DNA of 56,942 bases from Octopus bimaculoides. Taxonomy: Eukaryota. Of the stretch, positions 37,170 to 50,431 are shown in pieces. The DNA lies in assembly GCF_001194135.2 (NCBI RefSeq), contig NC_068991.1:36248475-36305416 (forward strand). The letters run 5' to 3'. The notes below the pieces were generated by a model. That model made no database searches. It was not told where the DNA came from and saw only the letters and a list, made by a program, of their open reading frames with translations. Each line of letters opens with the position of its first letter. Within the stretch, counting starts at the first letter, position 1. Position numbers and translations under genes: made by a program.

Positions 37170-38795
37170 TGTGTAGTTTGTCAGTCGATGCGACGAAGAC
37201 CATCTAGTCATCTTAGGGTGGGGGTGGGCTTGTTTTGTGAGTCCGCAGATGGCTAGTGAGTCCAATCTGGGACCGAAAGAGTCTTTGACAGTGTGGACAG
37301 GGAATGGTAGCGCCTGCTACAGGGTTGTTAGCTCTGTTCTTCCTGGCTTGTCTGCGGTCTTCTGCAGCAGTGATCCTGTTGGTCTCGCATGTGTTGGCAC
37401 CCTTGTGGACAGCTGATCGCCACCTTTCTCTGTCTAGAACAGACTGCTCCCATGTGTCATGGTCTATGTTGAAGGCTTTCAGTGAGGCTTTCAGTGTGTC
37501 CTTAAAGCGCTTCTTCTGGCCGCCTTGTGAGCGCTTTCCCTTTTGCAGCTCACCAAAGAGCAACCTTTTTGGTAATCGATCGTCTGACATGCGAGCTATG
37601 TGCCCTGCCCAGCGAAGCTGGGACTGCATCAAGATGGTATGGATGCTGGCAGATTAGCGTGTATTAGTACCTTGGTGTCCGGGATCCTGTCCTGCCACTT
37701 TATGCCGAGAAGTTTTCTAAGGCGTATTGTATGAAAGTGGTTCAGCTTCCTGGCATGACGCTGGTGAACCGTCGATGACTCGCAGCCGTAAAGCAGCGTT
37801 GTGAGAACAACAGCCCGGTACACCTTGATCTTTGCTATGATGGTGATTCCCCTCCTGTTCCAAACAGTCTTGCGTAGCCTGCCGAAGGCAACGCTTGCCT
37901 TGGCGAGTCTGACGTTAATTTCGTCAACCACGACAACATTTCTAGAGAGTGTGCTGCTAAGGTAAGTGAACTTGTCCACCGCGTTCGGTCGCTGCCCGTT
38001 GATGTTGATGTAGGGCTTGGTTGGAACTGGCTGATACATTACTTCAGTCTTTTTTGTATTGATAGTAAGGCCAAAGTTGTTGCAGGCGCCAGAAAACAAG
38101 TCAATGCTGTGCTGCATGTTGGACTCAGTGGCAGCATTGAGAGCGCAGTCATCGGCGAACAGGAGGTCGTTGACGGTGTCTACTGAAACCTTGGTTTTCG
38201 CTTTGAGCCTCCTGAGGTTGAAGACTGAACCGTCGGACCCGTACTTGTCAGTGTCCCTGGAAGTATCTGTAAGCATGGCTGAGAACGTAAGGCTGAACAA
38301 GGTGGGAGCAAGGACACATCCTTGTTTCACTCCGTTGGAGACAGGGAATGGATCAGAGGTCTCTCCGTTGTCTTGTACCCTTGCCAACATGCCATCATGT
38401 AGTTGTCTTACGATGGTGAGGAATTTTCTGAGGCATCCATACTTCGCCAAGATTCTTCGAAGACCTTCTCTACTAACGGTATCAAAGGCCTTGGTCAGAT
38501 CGATGTAGGTGGAGTAGAGGTCGATGTTCTGCTCCTGACACTTCTCCTGCAGTTGTCTAGCAGCAAACACCATGTCGAGAGTCCCAGGCTCTTTCCGGAA
38601 GCCACACTGGCTCTCAGGTAGGAGACCTTGTTCTAGGTGTGCAATGAAGCGGTTGAGCAAAACTCTAGCCAGGATCTTGCCTGTGATGGACAGCAGTGAA
38701 ATTCCGTGATGATTGTCGCAGACCTGGTGGTTACCATTGCGCTTGTAGAGGTGGATGATGGAGGCGTCCTTGAAGTGCCTCAAGACTTCAAGGAC
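37170..38795 (-). mobile_element. 5'-truncated RTE-clade (BovB-like) LINE with well-preserved RT
   Basis: ORFs 37629-38783 (384 aa: GISLLSITGKIL, QCGFRK, YIDLTKAFDTVSR, GVKQGCVLAP, LLFADDCAL, FTYLSSTL) and 37213-37632 (QLRWAGHIARM, CPHCQRLFRSQIGLTSHLRTH), joined by one frameshift. Confidence 0.97.
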
Positions 38796-41164
38796 AAATA
38801 CATACTACACATACATATGCATATAAGTTTATGTATGTATATTTGTGCGTGTGTGCATGCTTCTTTGTCTAAGTGTAAACATCTATATTTATGTAAATAT
38901 ATGTAAGCTCATATAGGTCTGTCTGGCTAAATATCTGTTTTTGTTTTGACGTAGACAGCAACAATATTTTAAAACATGGTTTAGTTTAGTGGCTATTTTT
39001 TGTGGCGAATACCGCTATACGTGCTGTTATTGGTGTTAAAATCTCAAATAATAAATCAATAGAGTTATAATGAAACTGAATTGTTTGTTACTTTCTATTC
39101 ATTTCCCCTTTCTTAAAAAAAATATTATCGACGTTTAAAAAAGCGTTCATTAATTTTCCGATTTCTGCAATATAGTGTCATTAGAGAAGGTTCCACATAT
39201 ATTTGATACTTGGCCTGCCAGATAGAGCTGACAAATCTCTATTAAATCACAACCGACAAAACGAAGGGCACATACGATAATGTACTAGATATGCGATATA
39301 CTCCGCTTTACCTTTAGAAAGGGGGATATTGCAGGTCCAATAAAATTATAGATCCAGTAGTAATTTTGTTGCGTCTGCGTCAAGGGAAAGTCATTGTAAT
39401 TGCCCTGTGGAGAAATGGGAAGGAAGATAAATCGACGTTCGAAAGGAGTCCTTTGTCATATACGAAAAGTAAAGACAGAAATTGAAGGTTAACATAATGC
39501 TGTGTCTGAGATGGAACTTGAATGGTAGAAGGGAGATCATAATTAAGTTGAAATTGTCATGTAAAGAACGTCATATTGTTCTAATATAAAGAGTATAATA
39601 ATTCCAGTTGTAATCTTGGTTAAGTCTACTAATAGGAAGTCAGTGATGACTGCTAACAGATAAGGCATCCTCCTAAGGCATTATTCACATAGTGGGACAA
39701 TTTTGTATCTGATGGCAGCTCCACTCAATATTCAGTTTCATTTGTATACTTCATGAAATAGAAGCACTACACAAAGAGAGATACAATGAGAAAAAGTGGA
39801 TCCGTCTACCAAGGTATTTCACAATGAAGAGTTGGTCTGTCTGCTTGCAAGCTATTTCGCAATGAATTTGTCTCCCAATAAAGATTTTATCTAAATACTG
39901 GAGATAGGAAACTTACGGTGATTCAGTCAGAATTTTACTTCGACACGATGCTATAAAAGTAATAATTAAAAAAAAAACTATCATTATTAGGCTAGCAAGG
40001 ACACATATTTATAACGGAGAGAAATGAAACTTTACAATATTTATCTGATTTAGAAACGGACATAAAGCGTGGGCGAAATGAATTGGCTTGATAGGAAAAT
40101 CAGTATGGGCTGAAAATTCAGCTGGCTAAGTGTTTCCTAATCACATCTCTTAATCTCTAATATAAGTACATTGCCTCAAATTAAACAATCAATTTTGACT
40201 CCATTAAATCAACGCCAGTACCTTATTTTATCGAGCAGCTAGAAAGATGAAAATCAAAGTCGACTACTGCAGTACTTGAACTGAGAGCGCAATGGGCTGC
40301 AACTAAAAGCAGAAGCTTTTCCCTCAACTATCTGGCACTTTTGTAAATTACAAATCCAAGGTATTTAATAGTGCATCTTGCCTAGACATAAACCACTCGG
40401 AGTCATGGATGGAAATAGTTTCTTTATAAGCTGGAAAGTCAAGAAGGATTATCTCAGATAAATAAATGCCAGCAAAGTAAAATGTTTCAATTTTTCTCAT
40501 TTGTGATCAACCCAACCCACAAATAATCGCATTTTTGCAAATACACGTAAATATACGTTTTGTGTGTGTGTGGATATGTGTAGAGATACATACATGACTC
40601 AATATTTTACTAGATATTGTCTTGTGTGTATAAGGAGTAGTAAAGATAACTGATTAGCTCAGTGGTTAGAGCATCGGAACGAATTCTTTGTATTTGTTCC
40701 GGTTTTCTGAGCTCAAAATCAATGAAGAATTTTAACTTTCTGGAATCGGTAAATAAAGTATTNNNNNNNNNNNNNNNNNNNNNNNNNNNNNNNNNNNNNN
40801 NNNNNNNNNNNNNNNNNNNNNNNNNNNNNNNNNNNNNNNNNNNNNNNNNNNNNNNNNNNNNNNNNNNNNNNNNNNNNNNNNNNNNNNNNNNNNNNNNNNN
40901 NNNNNNNNNNTAATGATACCAAACCAATCGGTCATTGATTGACATCTATAACGCGGAGAGAGGAGACATGCATGGGGAAATTCTAGTTATCTATTTATTA
41001 ACACAAAAACTTGTCCTGGCCAACGACTTGCAGAGGAACTTTCCAAATACAACACCCAGATATTCAGTAAAAGTCAATTTGAAGACCACTGGTGTCCATC
41101 TATGAATTTTTCAAATTAATTCTGAATATAAACTCGTGCTTTATTTCGTTATATACAATTGAGC

Positions 41165-41233
<69 letters not shown>

Positions 41234-41309
41234 GTGTGTCTTTCTGTCTCTCTGTCTCTCTCTCTATCTATCTGTCAATTTATCTACAGATAGATAGATG
41301 TACTTTTTA

Positions 41310-41776
41310 TATTTTACTTGTTTAGTCATTAAACTGCGGCTATACTACTGAATCAACAAATCGCAGTTTATACAATTGACATTGCTTGAGGTAAGATATT
41401 GTAGTAAGCTGAGAGTTTAATATAAGTAAAGTTTAGTTCATGGATGATAGAAATTATAGGAATCGAACTCAGTACTTATATTATTTAAGGCCTGGCACTT
41501 CTTCTATCGGTCATTTTTGGCGAACCGCTAAGTTACGACGATGTAAACACACAAGCTCCAGTTGTAAAACGGTGGTAGGGAACATACACACGCGCGCGCA
41601 CACACACATTTATAAATGACGGGCTTCTTTCACTTTCCATCTACCAAAATTCAATCACAAGGTTTTGGTCGGCCCGAGGCTATAGCAGAGAACACTTGCC
41701 CAAGAAACTGCATAGTGGAACTGACTCCGGAAACATGTGATTGGGTAGCAAACATCTTACCATACAGTCACGCCTG
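41310..41776 (-). mobile_element. SINE family B full copy, interrupted by a ~114-bp local duplication
   Basis: cgaaccgctaagttacg, gacgggcttctttca.tttcc.tctacc, cacaagg.tttggtcggcccgaggctatag blocks. Confidence 0.85.
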
Positions 41777-42642
41777 ATATTCGGGTCAATGTTAACCAGT
41801 AAAAGAAAGAAAGAAACAAAACAAAACTGAGAGATAGATAAAATTAAGATAAAAAAAGTTATTCCGAAAGTTTAAGGAATAAGTTAAACAGAAATTCTAT
41901 AGTTTCAACCCAACACATCAGTTTCCTACTGAATCTACAAATCGCAGTTTGTTCAATTGACATTGCTTGAGGTAAGATATTGTAGTAAGTTGAGAGTTTG
42001 ATAGAAGTAAAGTTCAGTGTAAGGATGAAAGAAATTATATATCCCATAGTTTTGCATAACAAAACATAATGGTGATCAAAAAGAAAGAATAGAAGACAGA
42101 GAGATTCACTATGACAAAGAAAAGGACAAAGAATGAAAAGAAATTATTCATAAAGGAAAGAAAAAAGAAAACCGAGAATAAGACAACCAACAAGAATTTA
42201 CAAAGACAGCGCAAAGTAGAATATCATCTAAAAGATCATAGATACAAGACAATTGACTCTAAATACTTAGAAATGGATCTTTTCTTTTTTTCTTCCATCC
42301 TCTTCCTCCTCTTCNNNNNNNNNNNNNNNNNNNNNNNNNNNNNNNNNNNNNNNNNNNNNNNNNNNNNNNNNNNNNNNNNNNNNNNNNNNNNNNNNNNNNN
42401 NNNNNNNNNNNNNNNNNNNNNNNNNNNNNNNNNNNNNNNNNNNNNNNNNNNNNNNNNNNNNNNNNNNNNNNNNNNNNNNNNNNNNNNNNNNNNNNNNNNN
42501 NNNNNNNNNNNNNNNNNNNNNNNNNNNNNNNNNNNNNNNNNNNNNNNNNNNNNNNNNNNNNNNNNNNNNNNNNNNNNNNNNNNNNNNNNNNNNNNNNNNN
42601 NNNNNNNNNNNNNNNNNNNNNNCCTCCTACTACTACTACTTA

Positions 42643-42686
<44 letters not shown>

Positions 42687-42719
42687 GTTGTTGTTGTTGT
42701 TATTTTGACTATTTGACTA

Positions 42720-44172
42720 TTGCTTTGCATTTGTACAAGTTGGCTCCAAGTCTCACCCAGAGAGCTCAAGAGATAACAAGTTAGAAGTTCATGCTTAGGG
42801 TGCCATTCATTTGGTTTTATACATAGTGTTGTTCGAGAGAATATTTAAGAAACCATAAGAAAATTAAGTTTGTTTTAAAATTTGAGATTACATAGACAGT
42901 ATTTTACGTAGGATATGGGCAGTTCCCATGAGTACTATCTTTCGAATTTCTGCAATTTTGGGGTTTCCTGTTATCTGAGCTAGGTAGCAATCAGTCTCTT
43001 TTGCTATTATTCCTAGGGCACCTACGACAACAGGCATTATTTTAGTTTTCAGGTTCCACATTTTGCTAATTTCTATTTCAAGATCTTTATACTTGCTCAG
43101 TTTTTGGTAGGTCTTGACAGGTACGTTTATATCGATTAGGACAGTCATATCAATGAGGAGGCATGATTTTTGCCTGAAGTCTTTCAATATGAAGTCTGAC
43201 CTATTTGCATCTATCGTTCTGTCAGTTTGAATGGTGAAGTTCCAGTGGAGTGAGATGTGATCATTTTCAAGCATTGGAGGTGGTTTGTGTTCCCACAAGT
43301 TTTTACCATGGGGCAAGTCCAGGTTTTTGCAAATTACCCAGTGAATATATTGTGCAGCTCTATCATGCCTGTTGAGATATTCTGTAGGCGCTAGAAGACT
43401 GCACATGGAGACAACATGATCAATGGTTTCATTCTGTTGTTGACATACACGACATGTTGTGAAGCTACGGTTATTTAATATGTTGGCCTGGTAGTTCCTT
43501 GTAGGCAGGCATTGATCTTGGGCTGCCATGATAAACCCATCTGTTTCTGATTTTAAGCCAGAAGCCATTAGCCATTGATGGGTAAGGGCTTTGTCAACAT
43601 CGACATTATTCGCTCTCTTTAGGTATTTGCCATTGAGAGGTTTTTCTTGCCATTTATCAGTCAGAATATCTAAGGCAGCAGTTTTAGCACGGGTTTTCAT
43701 GCGCTTAGCTTTTTCTGCGCTTAGCTTTTTCTGCGCTTGTTTCCAGTATGTCTAATTCTAAGATTTGTTATATTTGGAATTCATTTATATATTCCTTTGC
43801 CTGCTTTATTACTGAGTATGATGCTTTCTTGTTTTCATATTTTGTGACAAGTTTTCACATCCAGTCCTCAGAGTTTTTCAGGTAGGTGTCTAGGCCAATT
43901 GTGGCAATCTTCATTGTTAATGCCAGTGGTAAAAGTCCACGGCATCCCTCTTTTCTTGGCAGATAAAGTCGATCTCTATCTGTCTTAACGTGGTGCATTC
44001 TATGCATTGTCAACAGTTTTCGTATTTTTCTGTCAAGATTACATATTTCAGTAATTGACCAGTTAATAATATTGAAATTCTGACGACTAATATGGCTAAA
44101 GCATTGATCGCTTCGATCCTGTTTCTTGCATTCAGCTTTGTCTTCAGTATTGCTCTCACCCTGCGATAACAT
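42720..44172 (-). mobile_element. R4/Dong-clade LINE 3' part (thumb, CCHC, RLE, 3' UTR)
   Basis: ORF 42888-43700: CRVCQQQNETIDHVVSMC, RHDRAAQYIHW, WNFTIQTDRTIDANRSDFILKD..LLIDM..KLSKYKDLEIEI..GTAHILRKILSM. ORF 43855-44172: NLDRKIRKLLTMHRMHH..RLYLPRKEG.RGL. Confidence 0.93.
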
Positions 44173-44204
44173 TCTCTTATTATTATCATTCAGTAGTTTT
44201 ATTT

Positions 44205-44473
44205 TTATAGCGTGCTTTCACTTCACTACCGAGCGCAGCTCTGTGTGCCTTGGGTATGTGCTGTGGTTTGTTGTGATGCTCTTATGGTTACTGTATGGAA
44301 AGTGTTTTGCGTAGGATGTGTGCAGTGCCCAGTAGTGCAATTTTCTGTATGTTATATATATTTGTAAGTCCTGGTGTTTTTGTTATGTATTTGTCTGAAT
44401 ATTTTTTTTATCACACCTAAGGCGCCTACTATGATAGGAATTGTTTCTGTTTTTAGAGTCCACATTCGAGTTA
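44205..44473 (-). mobile_element. 3' end of a second R4/Dong-like RLE LINE subfamily
   Basis: LKTETIPIIVGALGVIKKYSDKYITKTPGLTNIYNIQKIALLGTAHILRKTLSIQ* plus 3' UTR. Confidence 0.85.
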
Positions 44474-44519
44474 NNNNNNNNNNTCCTCCCAGTCACCATT
44501 CACGCGGCGACTGTACCTT

Positions 44520-45650
44520 TCTAGACACACTCATTCAATTGGTCTGCTAGTCTTTCATGCACCACGTGGCATCTCTTCAGCCAAAAGCCATGAATTCCAT
44601 CAGGTCTAGGGGCTTTCCAGTAAGGCACTTTACCCATTTGTTCTTTCACGTCAACGGTGCTTATGAAAATATTCCTTTGTTTCTTTCTTCCTTTTAATTC
44701 TGTCTTGATAGTTCCTATCCCTTTTATGCACCACATTGTTTCCCCATAATCCGCTCCAGAACTCCTTGGCCTGATTTGCACAAGGAGAAAAATTTTCCCC
44801 ATTGACTCCTTCTAACGTTTGGAAGAATTGCTTCGGGTTATTTGTGAACAATCTGTTCTCTAACTGCTTATGTCTGTTCACAAATCTTCTGATGTTCTGG
44901 CATCTCTGTTTTAACTGCTCTATTACTGCATCAAGCTCGTTCTTCCATATTTTATATTTCTTCTCTAATTTTTCTAGGTTGTTCTTTTTCCCATTTTTCC
45001 AGTTTCCTTTTAACCATTGCTCAATTTTTCCTAGATCTTGCCTTGCCTTATGTCTCTTCCAATGCGTCGTTTCCAGTGGTTCTTTTGCTCCACCATTTTT
45101 TGTTCTCTTAAGTTGTACTTTCCCCTCAATAAGTAGTGCAATAGCTCGGAGAGGATTCCTTGTTTGTGCTATGTCTTCCGTCTGGATATATGGTATGACA
45201 GTACTTATTTTTTGTGTTACTTTATTTATCATGCTCCTATCTACCTTTCTCATATTCATGGGGATTTTTTCTTCTGGAGTATTTATCAAGTCGGTGAGTC
45301 ATCTTTGAATTTCAAATAATTCATTATATATTTGGTTCATTTCCCCTGCATGTCCACCCACCACAGTATCAGGGTTCACTGTAAACGTTCCTGTTCCTCA
45401 TCCTTAACAACCCCATGACTATTTCCCTGTTCCTCCTGTCTACTCTTCCGTCTGCTTTCAACTCCTACCTCTCTGTTTTTGACTCCGACCATCCTTTGTA
45501 GCCCATCTGCAGGGTCTCTCAGACTCTCACTAATCCGAGATATTTCTACTCCAGTTAAGTAACCCTTCCTCCCAATCACTCTCACTTGGTTCATTAGTTT
45601 CTTCTTTTTCTTTTCCATCCAAAATTTCAAGGTACGTCGACTTCTTTTCA
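44520..45650 (-). mobile_element. R4/Dong-clade LINE N-terminal and pre-RT fragment
   Basis: LMNQVRVIGRKGYLTGVEI; QLENRLFTNNPKQFFQTL..AKEFWSGLW; WKAPRPDGIHGFWLKR..HERLADQLNEC. Confidence 0.85.
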
Positions 45651-45678
45651 GCTTTGTTCTTTCATGAATTCAATAAGT

Positions 45679-45735
<57 letters not shown>

Positions 45736-45745
45736 NNNNNNNNNN

Positions 45746-45788
<43 letters not shown>

Positions 45789-45929
45789 GCTGTTATTATT
45801 TTTGTTCAACATTTGGTAATTTCAGGAAAATTTCTACTGCACCAACTGCTACACCTTCGTGTTCCTGGGGTATGAGCAGCAGTGTGTTCTTTTCTGTTGT
45901 TGGGAGCGTGCAAAAACCCTCCCGGTAGT

Positions 45930-46600
45930 TTTGCGTCAGTTTTTCCTTCTTTCGAGGTGTGGTGCAGTAATTTGTTGTATTACTGTTTGTGTTGAGTGTT
46001 GAATGTGCAATGCGTTGGTTTCCTAGCTTGCTGGTGGAAATTTATTTTAATGGATAATTGCTGCATAGAATGTGTCTTGTTTTGTTTAGGTCATCTTATT
46101 GAATTGATAGTATCTTGCGTAGGATGTGGGCTGCTCGTAGCAGGGCTATTTTTTGAATAGTGAGTAGTGTTGAGGATCCAGGTATAGTTTCTACGTTTTT
46201 GTTCATATATTTCTAAATCATGCCCTGTGCTTCAATTATTGCTAGTATTGTTTTCATTTTCATGCCCCGTATCTTGGATACTTCAATTTTGAGGTTTTTT
46301 TACTTTGACAATTTCTCCACTTCATTTGGGACAATGTCAATCAGTAAGCAAGTGTTTTCCCCTAATCTTTGATTACTATGTCTGGGCGATTAGCTTTTAT
46401 TTCTTTGTCGGTTTGAACCGGCATATCCCAGATTATTGTGACCTGGCCGTTGCCTTGTACCTTGTTTGGTACATGTTTATACCGTTTATTGCCAGTTTTA
46501 ATGTTGTGCTGGCATATTGTCCGGTGGATATAACTACTTTTATTGCCAGTTTTAATGTTGTAATGTTGGCATGTTTTATTGTCTGTTTTAATGTTGTAGT
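45930..46600 (-). mobile_element. Third, more degenerate R4/Dong-like RLE C-terminal fragment
   Basis: ..ETIPGSSTLLTIQKIALLRAAHILRKILSIQ*, with upstream remnants of the PD..ID..P block. Confidence 0.65.
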
Positions 46601-46689
46601 GTTAGTATACTTTTTGTTGTTGTTGTTGTTGTTGTTGTTGTTATTATTAATATTGTTATTATTATTATTAACCCGTTACAAAATGATAA

Positions 46690-47000
46690 GATAACAGAGT
46701 ATGTATGGCTACAATTGCTCTGCGACTTTCGCTGAAATTTCAGGGTCTGTAATATTCAATTTAGTACAATCGTTAATGTCTACTCCTGTTATTGTATGAG
46801 ATGGTTGCTCTGCTCACAATGTCTTAGGTTTTCGGAACGTGTTATGCGACGATCCTTTAATTTCTAAATGAATTGTGACAGAGACGTAGAATTGTCTTTG
46901 TTGTTTGACATGAACACAGGAATGTCTTGGATGCATAGGTACTTGCTATGGTGTATATTTCTTTACGATACCATATTTGTGATTTAACCTAGCCCTCTGT
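46690..47000 (-). mobile_element. Degenerate Penelope-like GIY-YIG C-terminal remnant
   Basis: STSLSQFI*KLKDRRI.. resembles the TxLSxxIWxLK block seen in the PLE at about 28000; otherwise eroded. Confidence 0.4.
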
Positions 47001-47929
47001 TTCATCATCTAGCAAAGGCCTGATCAGTTTAGTGAACAGTTTGAGTAGTTTTGTAGTTAAAAGTTAGTGTAAAGGCTGTATAAGTCCCTTTTAGATGTAA
47101 GATCTAGGAAACAATTCTTCGCAACAAGAAAAGTTCATTTTGAAGTTGCGAGTATTTAAAATTTAACGGTATGTATGTATGGGTGCGAAATGTGATCTTA
47201 GAAACGGAAGGCTGATGGATATGCTAAAAGCCACATTAACGTTAGAGGTTAGACTGAAACGGATTATTTTGCTTCTTCCTGGTTGCGTGTATGTGTTTGC
47301 TTGTGTCTGCACGCGCATCTACTTAATGATTGTTGTGACAATGTCTCTTTCTGAATATGGGTAGGAAATTCTAATTATTCAGTCTACAAGCCTTTCAATT
47401 ATGACATGAGGTGTTAACGTAAATTGAAGTAGTCACAGTAATCTTGCCATGACTATCGCCTTTCATAAAGTCAGACAACTCTTCGAAAAATTCCCTCTAG
47501 AAGAGAAAAACGAAAGTTTCTTGACGTGTTAATTGAACCTGAAAATTTTTTGTCCCAGACGAAACGTATTGGCTTTATACCAAAATATGAAATATCGACA
47601 CTGAAAGCATTAAAACTGGAGTATCATTCTTCATCAATATAACTTTACAAGTATTTCTTAATTTCTCTTGTATAAGTGAAAGTTTGAAGTTCTTAAATTA
47701 GTTAAGGACTTTTCTTTTTCCTTTCTTCTTAAGCCTACAACATAAAATTTACAACTGGGTGTCTTGTAAGTCACGTATCATTAAATTTTAAATGGTTAAA
47801 TAGTTTATAAATGGCGAAGATTAAAGCTGTTACAAGTAAATCGATATTGCCAGAATGTTTTTCTTGAGATCTATGATTCTCTGGCGTATTTCTGCCCAAA
47901 CGTTCTTTAACTCTTACTTTTCTGTGCTC

Positions 47930-47960
<31 letters not shown>

Positions 47961-48529
47961 CCGGCATACACGCGCGCACGCACACACACGCGCGCACGCA
48001 CGCACACACACGCACGCACGCACACACACACACAATTATATAGATAGATCACGCACGCATATATATATATATATATATATATATANNNNNNNNNNNNNNN
48101 NNNNNNNNNNNNNNNNNNNNNNNNNNNNNNNNNNNNNNNNNNNNNNNNNNNNNNNNNNNNNNNNNNNNNNNNNNNNNNNNNNNNNNNNNNNNNNNNNNNN
48201 NNNNNNNNNNNNNNNNNNNNNNNNNNNNNNNNNNNNNNNNNNNNNNNNNNNNNNNNNNNNNNNNNNNNNNNNNNNNNNNNNNNNNNNNNNNNNNNNNNNN
48301 NNNNNNNNNNNNNNNNNNNNNNNNNNNNNNNNNNNNNNNNNNNNNNNNNNNNNNNNNNNNNNNNNNNNNNNNNNNNNNNNNNNNNNNNNNNNNNNNNNNN
48401 NNNNNNNNNNNNNNNNNNNNNNNNNNNNNNNNNNNNNNNNNNNNNNNNNNNNNNNNNNNNNNNNNNNNNNNNNNNNNNNNNNNNNNNNNNNNNNNNNNNN
48501 NNNNNNNNNNNNAAATATACATAGTAGAT

Positions 48530-48933
48530 ATCATACCCCCATATCCACAGTTTACACAGGTAGAGTAGAATAGTTAGTGGGCTGTTATGTAGATAGATGA
48601 GTGTATGTGTGTATGTGTATGTGTGTGGGTGTATGTATGTGTATATACACATGTATATGCACATGTATGTAAGCATATGGATATGAAAGTAAACAGATCA
48701 ACATACAAACAGATAGATACATAGGTTATATGAACAGACAAGCTCACATACGCACACATACACAAATGAAGACTTAAACACATGACCATATATGCACGCA
48801 CACTTTACTTCACACAAGGACACATATGGAGACACACGTCCACACATATGGAAATACACATCCATACATACAAATACAGTACATAACTGCAAAACACACA
48901 CACATTCAGACATGCACACGCAAAGAGACAGAG

Positions 48934-48970
<37 letters not shown>

Positions 48971-49170
48971 CACACACACACACACAAAAACACACAAACA
49001 CGGACAAGCAAACACATGAATATGCAGAATACATACATACAAATGCACACACATACATACATATATACATATACACACACACATACATGTACACACACAC
49101 ATGCATATGTACATACATGCATGTGTATGCACACACACACACACTAACCCACACACATGCGCACAAACAA
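48530..49170. repeat. Degenerate (CA)/(TACA)/(TG) microsatellite field
   Basis: Read directly from the sequence. Confidence 0.85.
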
Positions 49171-49260
49171 ACAAGAATAACGCAGTGTGAATAACGGACA
49201 GAGTCAAACTATTGACAAGGTTGGAAGACGCAACGAAAATTTTAGAAAAATATGAAAGAA

Positions 49261-49599
49261 ATATTTCGTTTTTGGATTTGATTTGCAAGATTCGTTGCGT
49301 CTTGCAATCTTTTCAATGGTCTTGACTATTGAAAAGGTTGCAAGACAATGAAAACTTTAGGAAAATAAAAATAAGGAATAAGTGGAAATTTTACCGAGGA
49401 GTGCGTTAAACTATAAGGCACAAAAAGAAAATGACTCTCCCGAGACACAACAAAAAGGAAATAAGTGGAAACTTTACCGGTGAGTGTGTTAAATTATAAG
49501 GCACTAAAAGAGATCGACTCTCTCCAGACATATCAGAATATGATTCAGCACACGAACTCACATAAAGAATCTTGCAAACCAAATCGAAATCCAAAAACG

Positions 49600-49605
<6 letters not shown>
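49261..49605. mobile_element. MITE-like element with ~35-bp imperfect TIRs, an internal hairpin and tandem ~83-bp repeats
   Basis: atatttcgtttttggattt..tttgcaagattc versus gaatcttgcaaa..aaatccaaaaacgaaatat. Hairpin arms at 49299-49317 and 49328-49346. Direct repeats at about 49375 and 49458. Confidence 0.6.
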
Positions 49606-49633
<28 letters not shown>

Positions 49634-50399
49634 ATATGCAGGGCAGGGAATCGTCAATTAGTAATAAAATTAATAATTAACAATTTTGCCGGGTAGCTCA
49701 GTATGAAAAAACCTTTTCGGTAAAAAACATTTATNNNNNNNNNNNNNNNNNNNNNNNNNNNNNNNNNNNNNNNNNNNNNNNNNNNNNNNNNNNNNNNNNN
49801 NNNNNNNNNNNNNNNNNNNNNNNNNNNNNNNNNNNNNNNNNNNNNNNNNNNNNNNNNNNNNNNNNNNNNNNNNNNNNNNNNNNNNNNNNNNNNNNNNNNN
49901 NNNNNNNNNNNNNNNNNNNNNNNNNNNNNNNNNNNNNNNNNNNNNNNNNNNNNNNNNNNNNNNNNNNNNNNNNNNNNNNNNNNNNNNNNNNNNNNNNNNN
50001 NNNNNNNNNNNNNNNNNNNNNNNNNNNNNNNNNNNNNNNNNNNNNNNNNNNNNNNNNNNNNNNNNNNNNNNNNNNNNNNNNNNNNNNNNNNNNNNNNNNN
50101 NNNNNNNNNNNNNNNNNNNNNNNNNNNNNNNNNNNNNNNNNNNNNNNNNNNNNNNNNNNNNNNNNNNNNNNNNNNNNNNNNNNNNNNNNNNNNNNNNNNN
50201 NNNNNNNNNNNNNNNNNNNNNNNNNNNNNNNNNNNNNNNNNNNNNNNNNNNNNNNNNNNNNNNNNNNNNNNNNNNNNNNNNNNNNNNNNNNNNNNNNNNN
50301 NNNNNNNNNNNNNNNNNNNNNNNNNNNNNNNNNNNNNNNNNNNNNNNNNNNNNNNNNNNNNNNNNNNNNNNNNNNNNNNNNNNNNNNNNNNNNTATATT

Positions 50400-50431
<32 letters not shown>

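Noticed and set aside
39340-39860. Possible very old LINE 3' remnant on the minus strand
   Set aside because: Motif similarity too weak to call by eye.
40655-40680. tagctcagtggttagagcatcgg, a tRNA-like 5' arm
   Set aside because: No anticodon or T arm follows; at most a SINE head fragment, not a tRNA gene.
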